DNA from: Candidatus Wolfebacteria bacterium GW2011_GWB1_47_1
GTDB taxonomy: Bacteria; Patescibacteriota; Minisyncoccia; UBA6257; UBA9933
Assembly (NCBI GenBank): GCA_001029635.1
Contig: CP011209.1
Coordinates: 16,983-80,982 of the forward strand
Direction of reading: 5' to 3'
DNA: 64,000 nt
Shown here: in pieces, positions 27,799-36,345 of the stretch
Layout of the letters: every line of letters begins with the position of its first letter
Position numbering within the stretch: position 1 is the first letter of the stretch
Position numbers and translations under genes: made by a program
The notes under the pieces: model-generated
The model's database searches: none
Told to the model about the DNA's origin: nothing
What the model saw: only the letters and a program-made list of their open reading frames with translations

Positions 27799-28143
27799 AT
27801 GACACGAGTAAAACGAGGCGTACTAGCCCACAAAAAAAGAGAGAAGTTGCTCACCTACGTAAAGGGATTTAAGTGGGGACGCAAGACAAAAGAACGCGCA
27901 GCCAAGGAAGCATTGCTCCACGCTTGGAGCCACGCATTCCAGGGGCGCAAGCAGAAGAAGCGTGATTACCGAGCCCTCTGGGTGGTGCAGATCAACGCAG
28001 CTCTCCGCAACCTCGGAACGACCTATAGCAAGTTCATCGACGGAACAAAGAAGGCAAATATCCAGATCGACCGCAAGGTTCTCTCTGAGATAGCCAAGAC
28101 CGCTCCTAATACGTTTGCAAAGATCGTAGAGCAGGCAAAATAA
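27799..28143 (+). CDS. rplT: 50S ribosomal protein L20
   Basis: 114 aa, MTRVKRGVLAHKKREKLLTYVKGFKWGRK..., canonical L20. Confidence 0.95.
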   Translation: MTRVKRGVLAHKKREKLLTYVKGFKWGRKTKERAAKEALLHAWSHAFQGRKQKKRDYRALWVVQINAALRNLGTTYSKFIDGTKKANIQIDRKVLSEIAKTAPNTFAKIVEQAK

Positions 28144-28147
28144 TAAA

Positions 28148-28182
28148 AATACCGACCGCTATTGTGGTCGGTATTTTTATTC
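28148..28182. terminator. bidirectional terminator between rplT and the nucleotidyltransferase gene
   Basis: ATACCGACCGC-TATT-GTGGTCGGTAT followed by TTTTAT. Confidence 0.8.
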
Positions 28183-28185
28183 ATT

Positions 28186-28851
28186 TTATTCCCTCGGGAG
28201 AAAACTTGTATCTCCAAAATGTCTCAGCGCTTCATCGTTTAATATTCGCATCGCGTGAGGTTCTCTAGCTATCCATTCACCTATATACCGCTTTACTTTA
28301 TCGGAAAATAAGAGGTTCCACTGTTTTTTTATCCTGTATGCCCGCACGATATTTAATACATGTGGCTGATCGGCCAATGACCCACCTTTTAGTGGTATAT
28401 CGAGCTGCATCGTCCTCATTGCATCGTTAAATCCTTCGCATACAAAACTATTATCGGATAAATTTATACAAATGGCGTCTATGTTATAAAATGCACCATC
28501 AGCTATCTGTTCTTTCTCTTCGTTGATAATGCCCTTCTTAACTGGCCAGTGATCTTCGATACTCCATATATCAAATATGCGATCATCTATTCGCATCTTA
28601 TATCCTCCAAATCTATTCTTTGTAGCGGAGCTACCCTTCATGCACTCCTGCAAATCAGCTCCTTTACAGCACACGATCATATCAAAATCCCTTGGCTGCT
28701 TATTCTTTAATGCAATATCGCGTACTGCACCGCCAATCAAGATCACATCGCCACGGTCTTCAATGCTCCTCATAACCGCATCTAGTCGCTCATTCTCTCT
28801 CATTTTTGCAATATATGCTACAACTTTCTTTGCGTGTTCCGATGTAAACAT
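28186..28851 (-). CDS. minimal pol-beta nucleotidyltransferase with a CCA-adding/poly(A)-polymerase-type head domain only
   Basis: 221 aa. ILIGGAVRDIALKNKQPRDFDMIV matches the class II tRNA-NTase head signature (GGAVRD...D.D). No recognisable neck/body or RNA-binding domain follows. Confidence 0.65.
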   Translation of the reverse strand: MFTSEHAKKVVAYIAKMRENERLDAVMRSIEDRGDVILIGGAVRDIALKNKQPRDFDMIVCCKGADLQECMKGSSATKNRFGGYKMRIDDRIFDIWSIEDHWPVKKGIINEEKEQIADGAFYNIDAICINLSDNSFVCEGFNDAMRTMQLDIPLKGGSLADQPHVLNIVRAYRIKKQWNLLFSDKVKRYIGEWIAREPHAMRILNDEALRHFGDTSFLPRE

Positions 28852-29012
28852 GCCCTATTATACAATTCCTTGCGCACATTACAACGTCATTTGTAAAAAA
28901 TCTATATAGACACCCAAAGAGCTAATCCTCAAGACCTTTATTATTCCTCTTCTCCTTGATGATCAGAAACAATCAAATACTTTACCCTCTATACTAAGAC
29001 GAAAAACGGCGC

Positions 29013-29780
29013 TTATGCGCCATTTTGTTTTCGTTCTATCGGTTGTCCTTCGGATTGAGATCGATACCCTCCCCCTTGCTGTGGACGTCCCTGGTCTCGT
29101 CGTTGAGGAAACCGAGGTTGTTGCAAGGGCTGTCGTTGTAGCGGCCTTCGCTGGTCGCCTCCGCGCTGCTGTGACCCTTCCGCACGTGGACGTGGCGTCT
29201 GCGCATCTTGTTTTGGCGACGCCTCGCGCACTGGTTGCTCTCCATCTTCTTTACGCACTCCTCCTCCGATGCGCGCCGCCCGTACTCCCTGCTGTGGTCG
29301 CCGTGGGCGAATTGCCCCCTGCTTACGCAACTCGATGTTCCTCAAGAAATTATATGCCTGTTTCAAAACACGCTGACTATCTTCCTTGGTTAGTACTTTG
29401 AGCGCTTCCTTGTAGGTAAACCATCCATATCCTTCATGCTTCTCCCCTTGCGCATCGGTTTGCTCTGGTAGTTTTATCCGCTGCTGGGCCGTTTCGGCAA
29501 GATAAAATACGATCGTTTTATAGATCTTTTCCTTATTCCTCCAGAATGTGAAATTCTCCGATGTCTTGAAATTCTCATTGAATCGGAGGTCATTTCGCGT
29601 AAGGCCTGTTTCTTCCCTCACTTCGCGAACCGCTGTTTGGAAGCTTTTTTCTTCGCTTTCAATTTTCCCCTTCGGGAAGTTCCAATAGTTGTGTCCGTGA
29701 TATAAAATCAGAAAACGAGGGCCCTCCGCAGTTGTTCGGTACGCTATGATACCCGCGGAAATTTCTCGCATATTGCACAT
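29013..29780 (-). CDS. Nudix hydrolase with a ~105 aa Arg/Gln/Pro-rich low-complexity C-terminal tail
   Basis: Nudix box GKIESEEKSFQTAVREVREETGL (G-x5-E-x7-REUxEExGU). The tail (RPRRPQQGVRAARIGGG...QRRPLQRQPLQQPRFPQRRDQGRPQQGGG) is GC-rich. The start may be M4 (~29771). The terminator hairpin overlaps the stop. Confidence 0.85.
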   Translation of the reverse strand: MCNMREISAGIIAYRTTAEGPRFLILYHGHNYWNFPKGKIESEEKSFQTAVREVREETGLTRNDLRFNENFKTSENFTFWRNKEKIYKTIVFYLAETAQQRIKLPEQTDAQGEKHEGYGWFTYKEALKVLTKEDSQRVLKQAYNFLRNIELRKQGAIRPRRPQQGVRAARIGGGVRKEDGEQPVREASPKQDAQTPRPRAEGSQQRGGDQRRPLQRQPLQQPRFPQRRDQGRPQQGGGYRSQSEGQPIERKQNGA

Positions 29781-29825
29781 ACTATAGCATAGATCTGGCG
29801 GGGATACAAATTGTATAGGTTAGTC

Positions 29826-29879
29826 GGTTAACGCGTTAACGGGTTGGTAAATGCAGAAATACTGGATTCCGGAATGACA
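29826..29879 (+). repeat. composite hairpin repeat (copy D): GGTTAACGCGTTAAC palindrome plus CTGGATTCCGGAATGACA
   Basis: Shares both modules with copy C at 20071-20169. Confidence 0.7.
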
Positions 29880-29891
29880 CCGTGGGAACAT

Positions 29892-29920
29892 AAAAAAGGG
29901 GCGGATTCTCCGCCCCTTAC
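29892..29920 (-). terminator. terminator T1 of the small-gene array
   Basis: On the minus strand: AAGGGGCGGAGAATCCGCCCCTT followed by TTTTTT. Confidence 0.75.
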
Positions 29921-29923
29921 GTA

Positions 29924-30124
29924 TTACCTGTGATTACCCAGTGCCAACTCGGTCTGTTTTTGGATCTCCTTGGAGGCTCCCAAAATATCGGACAGTTCGT
30001 TCTCGAGCCTTGTTCGCTCGAACCGAAGCGCCTCCTCTTCTCCCGCGATCTCTCCGAATCGCTGTTCTATTACAACCACCCTCGCCTGTATCCTTTTTAC
30101 ATCTTCATCCACTAGACTTACCAT
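29924..30124 (-). CDS. small coiled-coil hypothetical protein (paralog of 30236..30451)
   Basis: 66 aa, charged and heptad-like. It has its own promoter/terminator module. Similar to the next small gene (IEQRFGEIAGEEEALRFERTRLENEL vs IASRLKGIEEEIRQRNTERDNLLLEL). Confidence 0.45.
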   Translation of the reverse strand: MVSLVDEDVKRIQARVVVIEQRFGEIAGEEEALRFERTRLENELSDILGASKEIQKQTELALGNHR

Positions 30125-30193
30125 GTCGATTACCTCCCGCCTCTCCTGTGGTGCATTTTAAATTTCTATCGTTTGTATACCACTTTTCTATCA

Positions 30194-30232
30194 CTTTTGC
30201 AAATCAAAAAAAGGCGGATACTCCGCCCCTTT
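30194..30232 (-). terminator. terminator plus promoter module T2 (reiterated intergenic unit)
   Basis: On the minus strand: GGGGCGGAGTATCCGCCTTTTTTTGATTTGCAAAA (hairpin plus T-run) then TTGCAA-N17-TATACA (promoter for gene 29924..30124). Confidence 0.65.
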
Positions 30233-30235
30233 GTC

Positions 30236-30451
30236 TTATGCCTGCGTCTCGAATATCTTATTCACCTGAATCCCTATCTGGGCAACGGACCTCCTTGTCT
30301 CCTCCAGCTCAAGTAAAAGATTGTCCCGCTCAGTGTTGCGTTGCCTTATTTCCTCTTCGATTCCTTTCAAACGAGATGCGATGGTCGTAATGCGATCTCT
30401 TACCGCTTGCGCCTCTACACTGGCGGGCGATCCAGGCCGTGTACTCGACAT
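30236..30451 (-). CDS. small coiled-coil hypothetical protein
   Basis: 71 aa, paralogous to 29924..30124. Confidence 0.45.
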   Translation of the reverse strand: MSSTRPGSPASVEAQAVRDRITTIASRLKGIEEEIRQRNTERDNLLLELEETRRSVAQIGIQVNKIFETQA

Positions 30452-30520
30452 AAAAAATTCCTCCCCTAAGATTGGACCCCTAATTTAATTTACTATATTT
30501 TATATATCATTCCTTTGCCG

Positions 30521-30558
30521 ATTTTGCAACAAAAAAAGGGCGGATCACTCCGCCCCCC
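30521..30558 (-). terminator. terminator plus promoter module T3
   Basis: GGGGGGGCGGAGTGATCCGCCCTTTTTTTGTTGCAAAATCGG on the minus strand. It shares the ~38 nt core with T2 and T4. Confidence 0.65.
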
Positions 30559-30568
30559 CTGCTACCAC

Positions 30569-30931
30569 CTAACGTATCCCGAAGGACGCAATCCTACTGA
30601 GATATAGGATCCCATAAACATCTTCGCGCATCTTTTTAGACCCCCTCCCAAGACGCACCTGCCTGAATCTTTTTTCAAATTCTTCAAGCTCAGCTACCAG
30701 CGTCCAGGTTTCGTTCCAAATCTTCCGCAGCTCGTCTTCCCCGTCATCATCGTCCCAGGTCCCTTCTACAATTCGTTCCCAATGAATAGTAACCCGCCTG
30801 TCTGTGAGCCTGTACCGTCTCGAGTTTATCGCCTGCAAGACTTGCACTAGCTCGTCGAACCCGCCACCACCCGGCTCCAGGTTGTTAGTGGCCCTTCTTA
30901 ACAAGATTACACTGTCATATAATTCCGCCAT
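30569..30931 (-). CDS. hypothetical acidic protein
   Basis: Trimmed to M45 of the track ORF (MAELYDSVILLRRATNN...). The upstream 44 codons translate the T4 terminator/promoter/SD repeat (AAAGGAGGAG lies 6 nt before this ATG). Confidence 0.5.
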   Translation of the reverse strand: MAELYDSVILLRRATNNLEPGGGGFDELVQVLQAINSRRYRLTDRRVTIHWERIVEGTWDDDDGEDELRKIWNETWTLVAELEEFEKRFRQVRLGRGSKKMREDVYGILYLSRIASFGIR

Positions 30932-30991
30932 AGCAGACTCCTCCTTTTCGCTTTTATTAATTTCTACCTTCTCTATACCAACTTTCTCCCT

Positions 30992-31030
30992 TTTTTGCAA
31001 ATCAAAAAAAGGGCGGATCACTCCGCCCCG
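30992..31030 (-). terminator. terminator plus promoter module T4
   Basis: Minus strand: GGGGCGGAGTGATCCGCCCTTTTTTTGATTTGCAAAAAAGGGAGAAAGTTGGTATAGAG, i.e. hairpin, T-run, then TTGCAA-N16-TATAGA. Confidence 0.65.
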
Positions 31031-31035
31031 TTCCC

Positions 31036-31563
31036 TTACTTGCCCATGCGCCCCGCAAAGCAACTACGGACGTTCGCAATGGACTCGTCTACCGCCGCCT
31101 TTTCACTCTTGCGCGCGGCTATCTTTTCACCGAGCAATGCATACTCCCTTTCCAATTCCGGAATCAACCGGCACAGGGCCGTGTAGTAGTCCTCGGGGGT
31201 CTCCTCCTCCGCGACTACGGGCTCGATCGCGATAGGCTTCTTGCCCACCTTCCGAGGACGCTGCTTGATCGTGACAATCTCGTAGGAGATGAATATCCCC
31301 TGGTGCCATTGGTACAGCCCCGACTTCATGCGCTGGCCCGGAGCCTTGTTGAACTCGATCAACTCAAGCACCTTAGCCTCCGCAAGCACCTGGATCGTCG
31401 CCGTTACCAGACTATGGCACGGCCTGTTCTCCATCTTTGCATCCAGATGCGCATGGATCCCACGTATCCGCGATGTTGGCATTTCTTTTAGCAGTTCGAT
31501 GATCATCGCCATAACGCGCTGCTGTTTCATCGTCATACCCAGTTGCTTCTTTGCTTCGGTCAT
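31036..31563 (-). CDS. hypothetical protein with an N-terminal winged-helix-like segment (putative regulator)
   Basis: 175 aa. QQRVMAMIIELLKEMPTSRIRGIHAHLDAKMENRPCHSLVTATIQVLAEAKVLELIEF resembles wHTH DNA-binding domains. It is the first gene of the array that follows rpsJ. Confidence 0.45.
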   Translation of the reverse strand: MTEAKKQLGMTMKQQRVMAMIIELLKEMPTSRIRGIHAHLDAKMENRPCHSLVTATIQVLAEAKVLELIEFNKAPGQRMKSGLYQWHQGIFISYEIVTIKQRPRKVGKKPIAIEPVVAEEETPEDYYTALCRLIPELEREYALLGEKIAARKSEKAAVDESIANVRSCFAGRMGK

Positions 31564-31635
31564 CTATCCCTCCAATATTCCATAATGTGTAGTGCTTTTT
31601 CTTTTGTACAAATAAACAGCCCCTTTGTCAATCCA

Positions 31636-31664
31636 AACAAAAACACCCCGAAGGGTGTTTTTGA
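31636..31664. terminator. terminator after rpsJ
   Basis: AAAAACACCCCGAAGGGTGTTTTTG. Confidence 0.8.
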
Positions 31665-31668
31665 GCGA

Positions 31669-31995
31669 TTATTTCATTTTGATCTCGATATCAACTCCCG
31701 AAGGCAGGTTGAGTGTGCTCAAAGATTCAATGATCTTTTGGCTCGGATTAACGATGTCGATAATCCGATTGTGCACACGCAGCTCGAACTGCTCACGCGC
31801 GGTCTTGTGGACGAACGTGGAGCGATTCACGGTGTACCGCTTGAATTCAGTCGGCAACGGAATCGGACCAACTATTTCTGCTCCGTTTCTGACCGCCGTA
31901 TCGACGATCTGCTTGATCGAGTTATCGATCAGCTTGTGGTCGTACGATCGTACGCGTAATCGCAATTTAGATTGTGCTTCTTCTTTCTTGGCCAT
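31669..31995 (-). CDS. rpsJ: 30S ribosomal protein S10
   Basis: Starts at M3 of the track ORF (MAKKEEAQSKLRLRVRSYDHKLIDNSIKQIVDTAVRNGAE...), canonical S10. Confidence 0.95.
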   Translation of the reverse strand: MAKKEEAQSKLRLRVRSYDHKLIDNSIKQIVDTAVRNGAEIVGPIPLPTEFKRYTVNRSTFVHKTAREQFELRVHNRIIDIVNPSQKIIESLSTLNLPSGVDIEIKMK

Positions 31996-32167
31996 TGTCA
32001 AAATACTTTAATGAATTAATCGCTTTTCTATTTTTCTCTCCGAAAAACGGTTGCATTCGGATGAAGTGCGAGGCACGGGGAAATCGATGAGGAAGCTGTA
32101 CAGAAGTACTGCGACCGAATCGATGGGGCCCCGTAACGAAGCAATTCGCCGAATGCAGACGTTTTTC

Positions 32168-33361
32168 TTATTTGATGATCTTAGTAACAACACCTGCCCC
32201 TACCGTTCGTCCACCCTCGCGAATAGCGAAACGGGTCTGGTCTTCCAATGCTACCGGAGCGATCAACTTAACCTTAAAGGTTACGGTGTCTCCCGGCATA
32301 ACCATCTCCATGCCTTCCGGAAGCTCTACTTCTCCGGTCACGTCAGTGGTGCGGATGTAGAACTGCGGCTTGTAGCCCTTGAAGAATGGCGTGTGTCGCC
32401 CTCCTTCTTCCTTAGTCAGGATGAGAACTTCTGCTTCGAACTCGGTGTGCGGGGTGACCGATCCCGGCTTTGCCAGAACCTGTCCACGCTCCACATCCTC
32501 CTTCTTCAAGCCACGCAAGAGCAAGCCTACGTTGTCTCCTGCCATACCCGAATCCAGTAACTTATTGAACATTTCGATACCGGTAACAACAGTCTTCGCG
32601 GTCGGTCGGATACCAACAACTTCGATTTCCTCGTTTACCTTGAGTACACCGCGCTCGATACGTCCAGTTACAACAGTTCCACGACCTTCGATCGAGAAAA
32701 TGTCTTCTACTGGCATAAGGAATGGCTTATCGGTTGCGCGCTGCGGCTCCGGAATGTAATCGTCGCATGCCTTTACCAAATCGTAGATCGGCTTCAATGC
32801 TTCATCATCGGCATTTGTTGCCTCTCCCGCCTTCAATGCAGATCCACGGATAACCGGGGTCTCATCTCCAGGGAAGTTGTACTTCTTCAGCAATTCGCGA
32901 ACTTCAGCTTCGACGAGGTCGATCAATTCAGGATCGTCAACCATATCGCACTTGTTCAAGAACACTACGATTGCGGGAACGCCAACCTGGCGGGCCAACA
33001 AGATGTGTTCTCGCGTTTGTGGCATCGGGCCGTCAGTTGCGGATACTACGAGGATTGCACCGTCCATCTGCGCAGCACCGGTGATCATGTTCTTGATGTA
33101 GTCTGCGTGTCCCGGAGCGTCGATGTGCGCATAGTGGCGCTTCTCTGACTCGTATTCTGAGTGGTGCAAAGCGATCGTGATCCCACGAGCTTTTTCTTCC
33201 GGAGCGTTGTCGATCTGATCAACGTTCTCCTTTTTCTTAGACCATCCCTTCAAGAAGGTGGCGTTGGTGATAGCTGCCGTCAATGTGGTCTTGCCATGGT
33301 CAACGTGACCGATGGTGCCGATGTTCACGTGCGGCTTAGTTCGTTCAAATTTTTCTGCCAT
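32168..33361 (-). CDS. tuf: elongation factor Tu
   Basis: 397 aa with [23 protein letters not shown] and NKCD motifs. Confidence 0.98.
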   Translation of the reverse strand: MAEKFERTKPHVNIGTIGHVDHGKTTLTAAITNATFLKGWSKKKENVDQIDNAPEEKARGITIALHHSEYESEKRHYAHIDAPGHADYIKNMITGAAQMDGAILVVSATDGPMPQTREHILLARQVGVPAIVVFLNKCDMVDDPELIDLVEAEVRELLKKYNFPGDETPVIRGSALKAGEATNADDEALKPIYDLVKACDDYIPEPQRATDKPFLMPVEDIFSIEGRGTVVTGRIERGVLKVNEEIEVVGIRPTAKTVVTGIEMFNKLLDSGMAGDNVGLLLRGLKKEDVERGQVLAKPGSVTPHTEFEAEVLILTKEEGGRHTPFFKGYKPQFYIRTTDVTGEVELPEGMEMVMPGDTVTFKVKLIAPVALEDQTRFAIREGGRTVGAGVVTKIIK

Positions 33362-33537
33362 ATGTTATGGGCGCAACATGGTCACAGATTACTGCGACAT
33401 AGAAATACTGTTAAACGAATCGCTTAACTGCATTTCCCTGTCGCATGTCTCAGCTCCCTTGTCGCTTTTGATTGGTTAGTCGACTTGTTTGTTTAATATA
33501 TAGTATTTTACCTCTTTTCGTCAATATGCCGATCTAT

Positions 33538-33600
33538 TGTCATTCCGGCCTCCCACTACCATGCAAATGATGTGGGGATGTACTTTCGCAGGGATGACGC
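33538..33600. repeat. TGTCAT-terminated inverted-repeat element (copy H)
   Basis: TGTCATTCCGGCC...CGCAGGGATGACG with an internal hairpin CCCAC..GTGGG, in the tuf upstream region. Related to copy E. Confidence 0.5.
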
Positions 33601-33615
33601 TCGAGGCGACGTTCA

Positions 33616-33969
33616 TCAAGCAATGAACTCAATCGTTGCCATTGCTGAACCGTCTCGCATACGTGCTTCCGCAGACTTTACCACACGGAGATATCCACCT
33701 CGTCGCGCCTTATATTTCGGTGCAACTTCGTAGAAGATCTTTTCCGCGGCCTTCTTCGGAAGTCGGGCGATGAGCAAGCGCAAGCTTGCCGTATCCTGCT
33801 TCTTTGCGAGTGTGACCATCTTTTCCACTTCCGGCCTCAGCTCTTTCGCTTTTGCTTCCGTAGTTGTGATCTTCTCTTCAAGAATCAGGTTATTCGCCAG
33901 AGTCTTCATGAGCGCTGTGCGTTGACCAGTCTTCCTATGAAATTTTCGTCCTTTCGCTAAGTGTCTCAT
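33616..33969 (-). CDS. rplQ: 50S ribosomal protein L17
   Basis: 117 aa, MRHLAKGRKFHRKTGQRTALMKTLANNLI..., canonical L17. Confidence 0.95.
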   Translation of the reverse strand: MRHLAKGRKFHRKTGQRTALMKTLANNLILEEKITTTEAKAKELRPEVEKMVTLAKKQDTASLRLLIARLPKKAAEKIFYEVAPKYKARRGGYLRVVKSAEARMRDGSAMATIEFIA

Positions 33970-33978
33970 TGTAGTTCT

Positions 33979-34734
33979 TTATTTTTTCCCTTTCTTTTTC
34001 GGCTCTTCCTCTCCTTCTTCGTCTTCCGTTTCCACGGTAACGTCGGCGATCTCAGCGACCTTGGAAAAGTGATCCTTGAGAATATTCGATGCCTTATGCA
34101 ACGCGAGGGAAGGCTTTGTACTTCCGTCGGTCTCGATGGTGAGCTTTATCTTATTGAAGTCAGTCCGCTCTCCTACGCGCATGTTCTCAACCACGAAGTT
34201 TACATTCGTGACGGGGGTGAAGATCGCGTCGATGGCAATGACGCCAACCGGCAACTTCTCAACCTTGCGCACTTCGACCGGTACGTATCCAAGACCTTTC
34301 TCGACAGTTATTTCCATTGAGAATTCGGTCTTCTTCTCCGTAAGGGTTGCGATGTGCGATTCCGGATTGATAACTTCAACCTGCGCATTCGCCTTGATGT
34401 CCCCTGCGGTCACCACCTTCTCTCCTTTTACGTCGAGGGTGAGGACTTGCGGTTCGTCAGCGTGGAATGCAAAACGTACTTTCTTCATATTCAACGCGAT
34501 CTCTACGATGTCTTCCATGACTCCGTCGATCGTCGTGAATTCGTGTTTGACGTTCTTGATCTTGATCTGGGTTACACACGCACCCGGAAGCGATGACAGC
34601 AACACGCGGCGCAATGCGTTTCCGACGGTCAGGCCATAGCCCGAGTACAAACCGTCGATCTCGAACACTCCTTCAGTCGCAGTTTCCGAAATTGTTTTGA
34701 TTTTTACCGACTCGCTTAATCGTGTATATTCCAT
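33979..34734 (-). CDS. rpoA: DNA-directed RNA polymerase alpha subunit, N-terminal domain only (no alpha-CTD)
   Basis: 251 aa. The alpha-NTD is conserved (GNALRRVLLSSLPG...), but the protein ends in an acidic/lysine tail (ETEDEEGEEEPKKKGKK) 10 nt before rplQ. No ~80 aa alpha-CTD is present. Confidence 0.9.
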   Translation of the reverse strand: MEYTRLSESVKIKTISETATEGVFEIDGLYSGYGLTVGNALRRVLLSSLPGACVTQIKIKNVKHEFTTIDGVMEDIVEIALNMKKVRFAFHADEPQVLTLDVKGEKVVTAGDIKANAQVEVINPESHIATLTEKKTEFSMEITVEKGLGYVPVEVRKVEKLPVGVIAIDAIFTPVTNVNFVVENMRVGERTDFNKIKLTIETDGSTKPSLALHKASNILKDHFSKVAEIADVTVETEDEEGEEEPKKKGKK

Positions 34735-34751
34735 AGAAAAAGAAATTTAGA

Positions 34752-35366
34752 TTATTTTGAGTAGAAATCGACAACCAGGTTAATGTCATACGGAATCTCG
34801 ACATCGAACGGAAGGGATTTTACCTTGCCTTCGAGTTTTTCCCGTTCGATCTGGAGCCAGACCGGAGTTTCGTATTTCTTCAGGTTCTCGGAAAGATCTT
34901 TGAACAACGGGGTTGTCTTTGATTTTTCCCGAACTGCGACGATATCACCTACCTTTACCTGAAATGACGATATTGTCACCTTCCGGCCGTTGACTAGGAT
35001 ATGACCATGACTAATAAACTGCTTTGCCATGATGCGCGACGGGGCAAACCCCATGCGAAACACCACGTTATCAAGACGTCGTTCAAGCAGGTTCACGATC
35101 GTTGTCGTAATAGCCTCCTTTTTATGCAACGCTTCCTTAAAGATGCGTTCCATCGCCTTCTCCCTTAGACCGTAGCTAAACATGATCTTCTGCTTTTCAG
35201 CAAGTTGGAGACCGTATTCAGACAACTGCTTTCTTCGGGACTTTCCGTGCACACCCGGACGATATGGTCGTCGGAGCAATGCGCACTTACCGGAGCTGCA
35301 TCGTTCTGCCTTCAGGAAGAGATGCACTCCCAGCGCCCGTTCTTTTTTTTCTTTTGGACCCATCAT
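34752..35366 (-). CDS. rpsD: 30S ribosomal protein S4
   Basis: 204 aa, ...GPKEKKERALGVHLFLKAERCSSGKCALLRR...YGLQLAEKQK... Confidence 0.95.
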   Translation of the reverse strand: MMGPKEKKERALGVHLFLKAERCSSGKCALLRRPYRPGVHGKSRRKQLSEYGLQLAEKQKIMFSYGLREKAMERIFKEALHKKEAITTTIVNLLERRLDNVVFRMGFAPSRIMAKQFISHGHILVNGRKVTISSFQVKVGDIVAVREKSKTTPLFKDLSENLKKYETPVWLQIEREKLEGKVKSLPFDVEIPYDINLVVDFYSK

Positions 35367-35369
35367 ATG

Positions 35370-35473
35370 AATGACTCAGAACTTATAACTCATAACTTAT
35401 GACGAGATTCTTAGGGATAACCCTGCCCATCCGCCTTCTGTCATTAGTCAATAGTTATTGGTTAATAGTTATT
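35370..35473 (-). repeat. alpha-operon leader element, copy 1 (upstream of rpsD)
   Basis: ~100 nt, homologous to 36463-36570. Conserved CCGCCTTCYGTCATTAGT and AATAGTT blocks, a hairpin AGGG-ATAA-CCCT, and AACTT-rich repeats abutting the start codon. Confidence 0.7.
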
Positions 35474-35929
35474 TTAGATTCTTCGCGGCTTTTTCGGTCG
35501 CGGACCGTTATGCGGGATCGGCGTCACGTCCTTTACGGAAGTGATATTGAATCCCTGGTTTGCGAACGAGCGGATCGCTGAATCGCGTCCCGAGCCGACG
35601 CCTTTCACTACAACGTCAATTTCGCTCAAACCAACTTTCTTCAATTTTTCGACCAGTGCGGCCACTGCCTTTGATGCGGCAAACGGGGTTGCCTTCTTCG
35701 GACCAGCAAAACCAAGACTTCCTGCGGATACCCATGCGATAACATCGCCTCCTCTATTGGTGACGGTGATCATCGTGTTGTTATAGGTAGCGTTGATGAA
35801 TACCTTCCCTTGTTCGATTTTACGCGATCCCCCTCCCTTGCCCGAGACCTTCGTCATGGTCTTCTCGAGGTTGTCGCTCTCCTTGAGCACCTGCGCTTCA
35901 GTTTGTTTTATGACTTTTTTCTTACCCAT
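35474..35929 (-). CDS. rpsK: 30S ribosomal protein S11
   Basis: 151 aa. The C-terminus GFNITSVKDVTPIPHNGPRPKKPRRI is canonical S11, with an N-terminal extension. Confidence 0.95.
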   Translation of the reverse strand: MGKKKVIKQTEAQVLKESDNLEKTMTKVSGKGGGSRKIEQGKVFINATYNNTMITVTNRGGDVIAWVSAGSLGFAGPKKATPFAASKAVAALVEKLKKVGLSEIDVVVKGVGSGRDSAIRSFANQGFNITSVKDVTPIPHNGPRPKKPRRI

Positions 35930-35946
35930 AGTTAAAGGAGGTTAGA

Positions 35947-36330
35947 TTACTTCAATGATGTCTTACGTCGTCCGCTCGTAGCGGTCTTGCGTACGTTTCC
36001 GCGTACGGTGCGGGAATTGGTCTTCGTTCGCTGTCCGCGTGTCGGGAGCTTCTTCATGTGCCGAGTTCCTCGGTAGCAGTTGATCTCCTTCAAGCGCGCA
36101 ATGTTCGTTTTGATAACCTGTCGCAATTCACCTTCGACCTTGCAGTTCTTTTCAACGTATTCTTGAATCTTTTTCATCTCATCCTGCGTGAGATCCTTTG
36201 CTTTCTTATCTACCGGAATCTTCGTGGCAGACAAAATAGCATCGGCAGTCGTCTTTCCGATGCCGTGTACGTATGTCAAGGCATACTCGATCCTTTTATT
36301 ATCTGGAATGTTTACACCAACTAATCGCAT
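35947..36330 (-). CDS. rpsM: 30S ribosomal protein S13
   Basis: 127 aa, MRLVGVNIPDNKRIEYALTYVHGIGKTTADAIL... Confidence 0.95.
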   Translation of the reverse strand: MRLVGVNIPDNKRIEYALTYVHGIGKTTADAILSATKIPVDKKAKDLTQDEMKKIQEYVEKNCKVEGELRQVIKTNIARLKEINCYRGTRHMKKLPTRGQRTKTNSRTVRGNVRKTATSGRRKTSLK

Positions 36331-36345
36331 GGTATTGAATGATTA

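Noticed and set aside
29941-30390. 149 aa plus-strand ORF (and 29930..30115, 29970..30161) across the small-gene array
   Set aside because: It is antisense to three better-supported minus-strand genes, spans terminator hairpins, and is Pro/Ser/Leu-rich low complexity typical of a GC-skewed antisense frame.
29886-31063. Repeated GGGGCGGA..TCCGCCCC hairpins separating small genes considered as integron attC sites or a CRISPR-like array
   Set aside because: The spacing is irregular (about 300, 300 and 460 bp). The units contain promoter hexamers and T-runs, not attC R/L boxes. No CRISPR-like short regular spacers and no cas or intI genes are in the window. I interpret them as reiterated terminator+promoter linkers.
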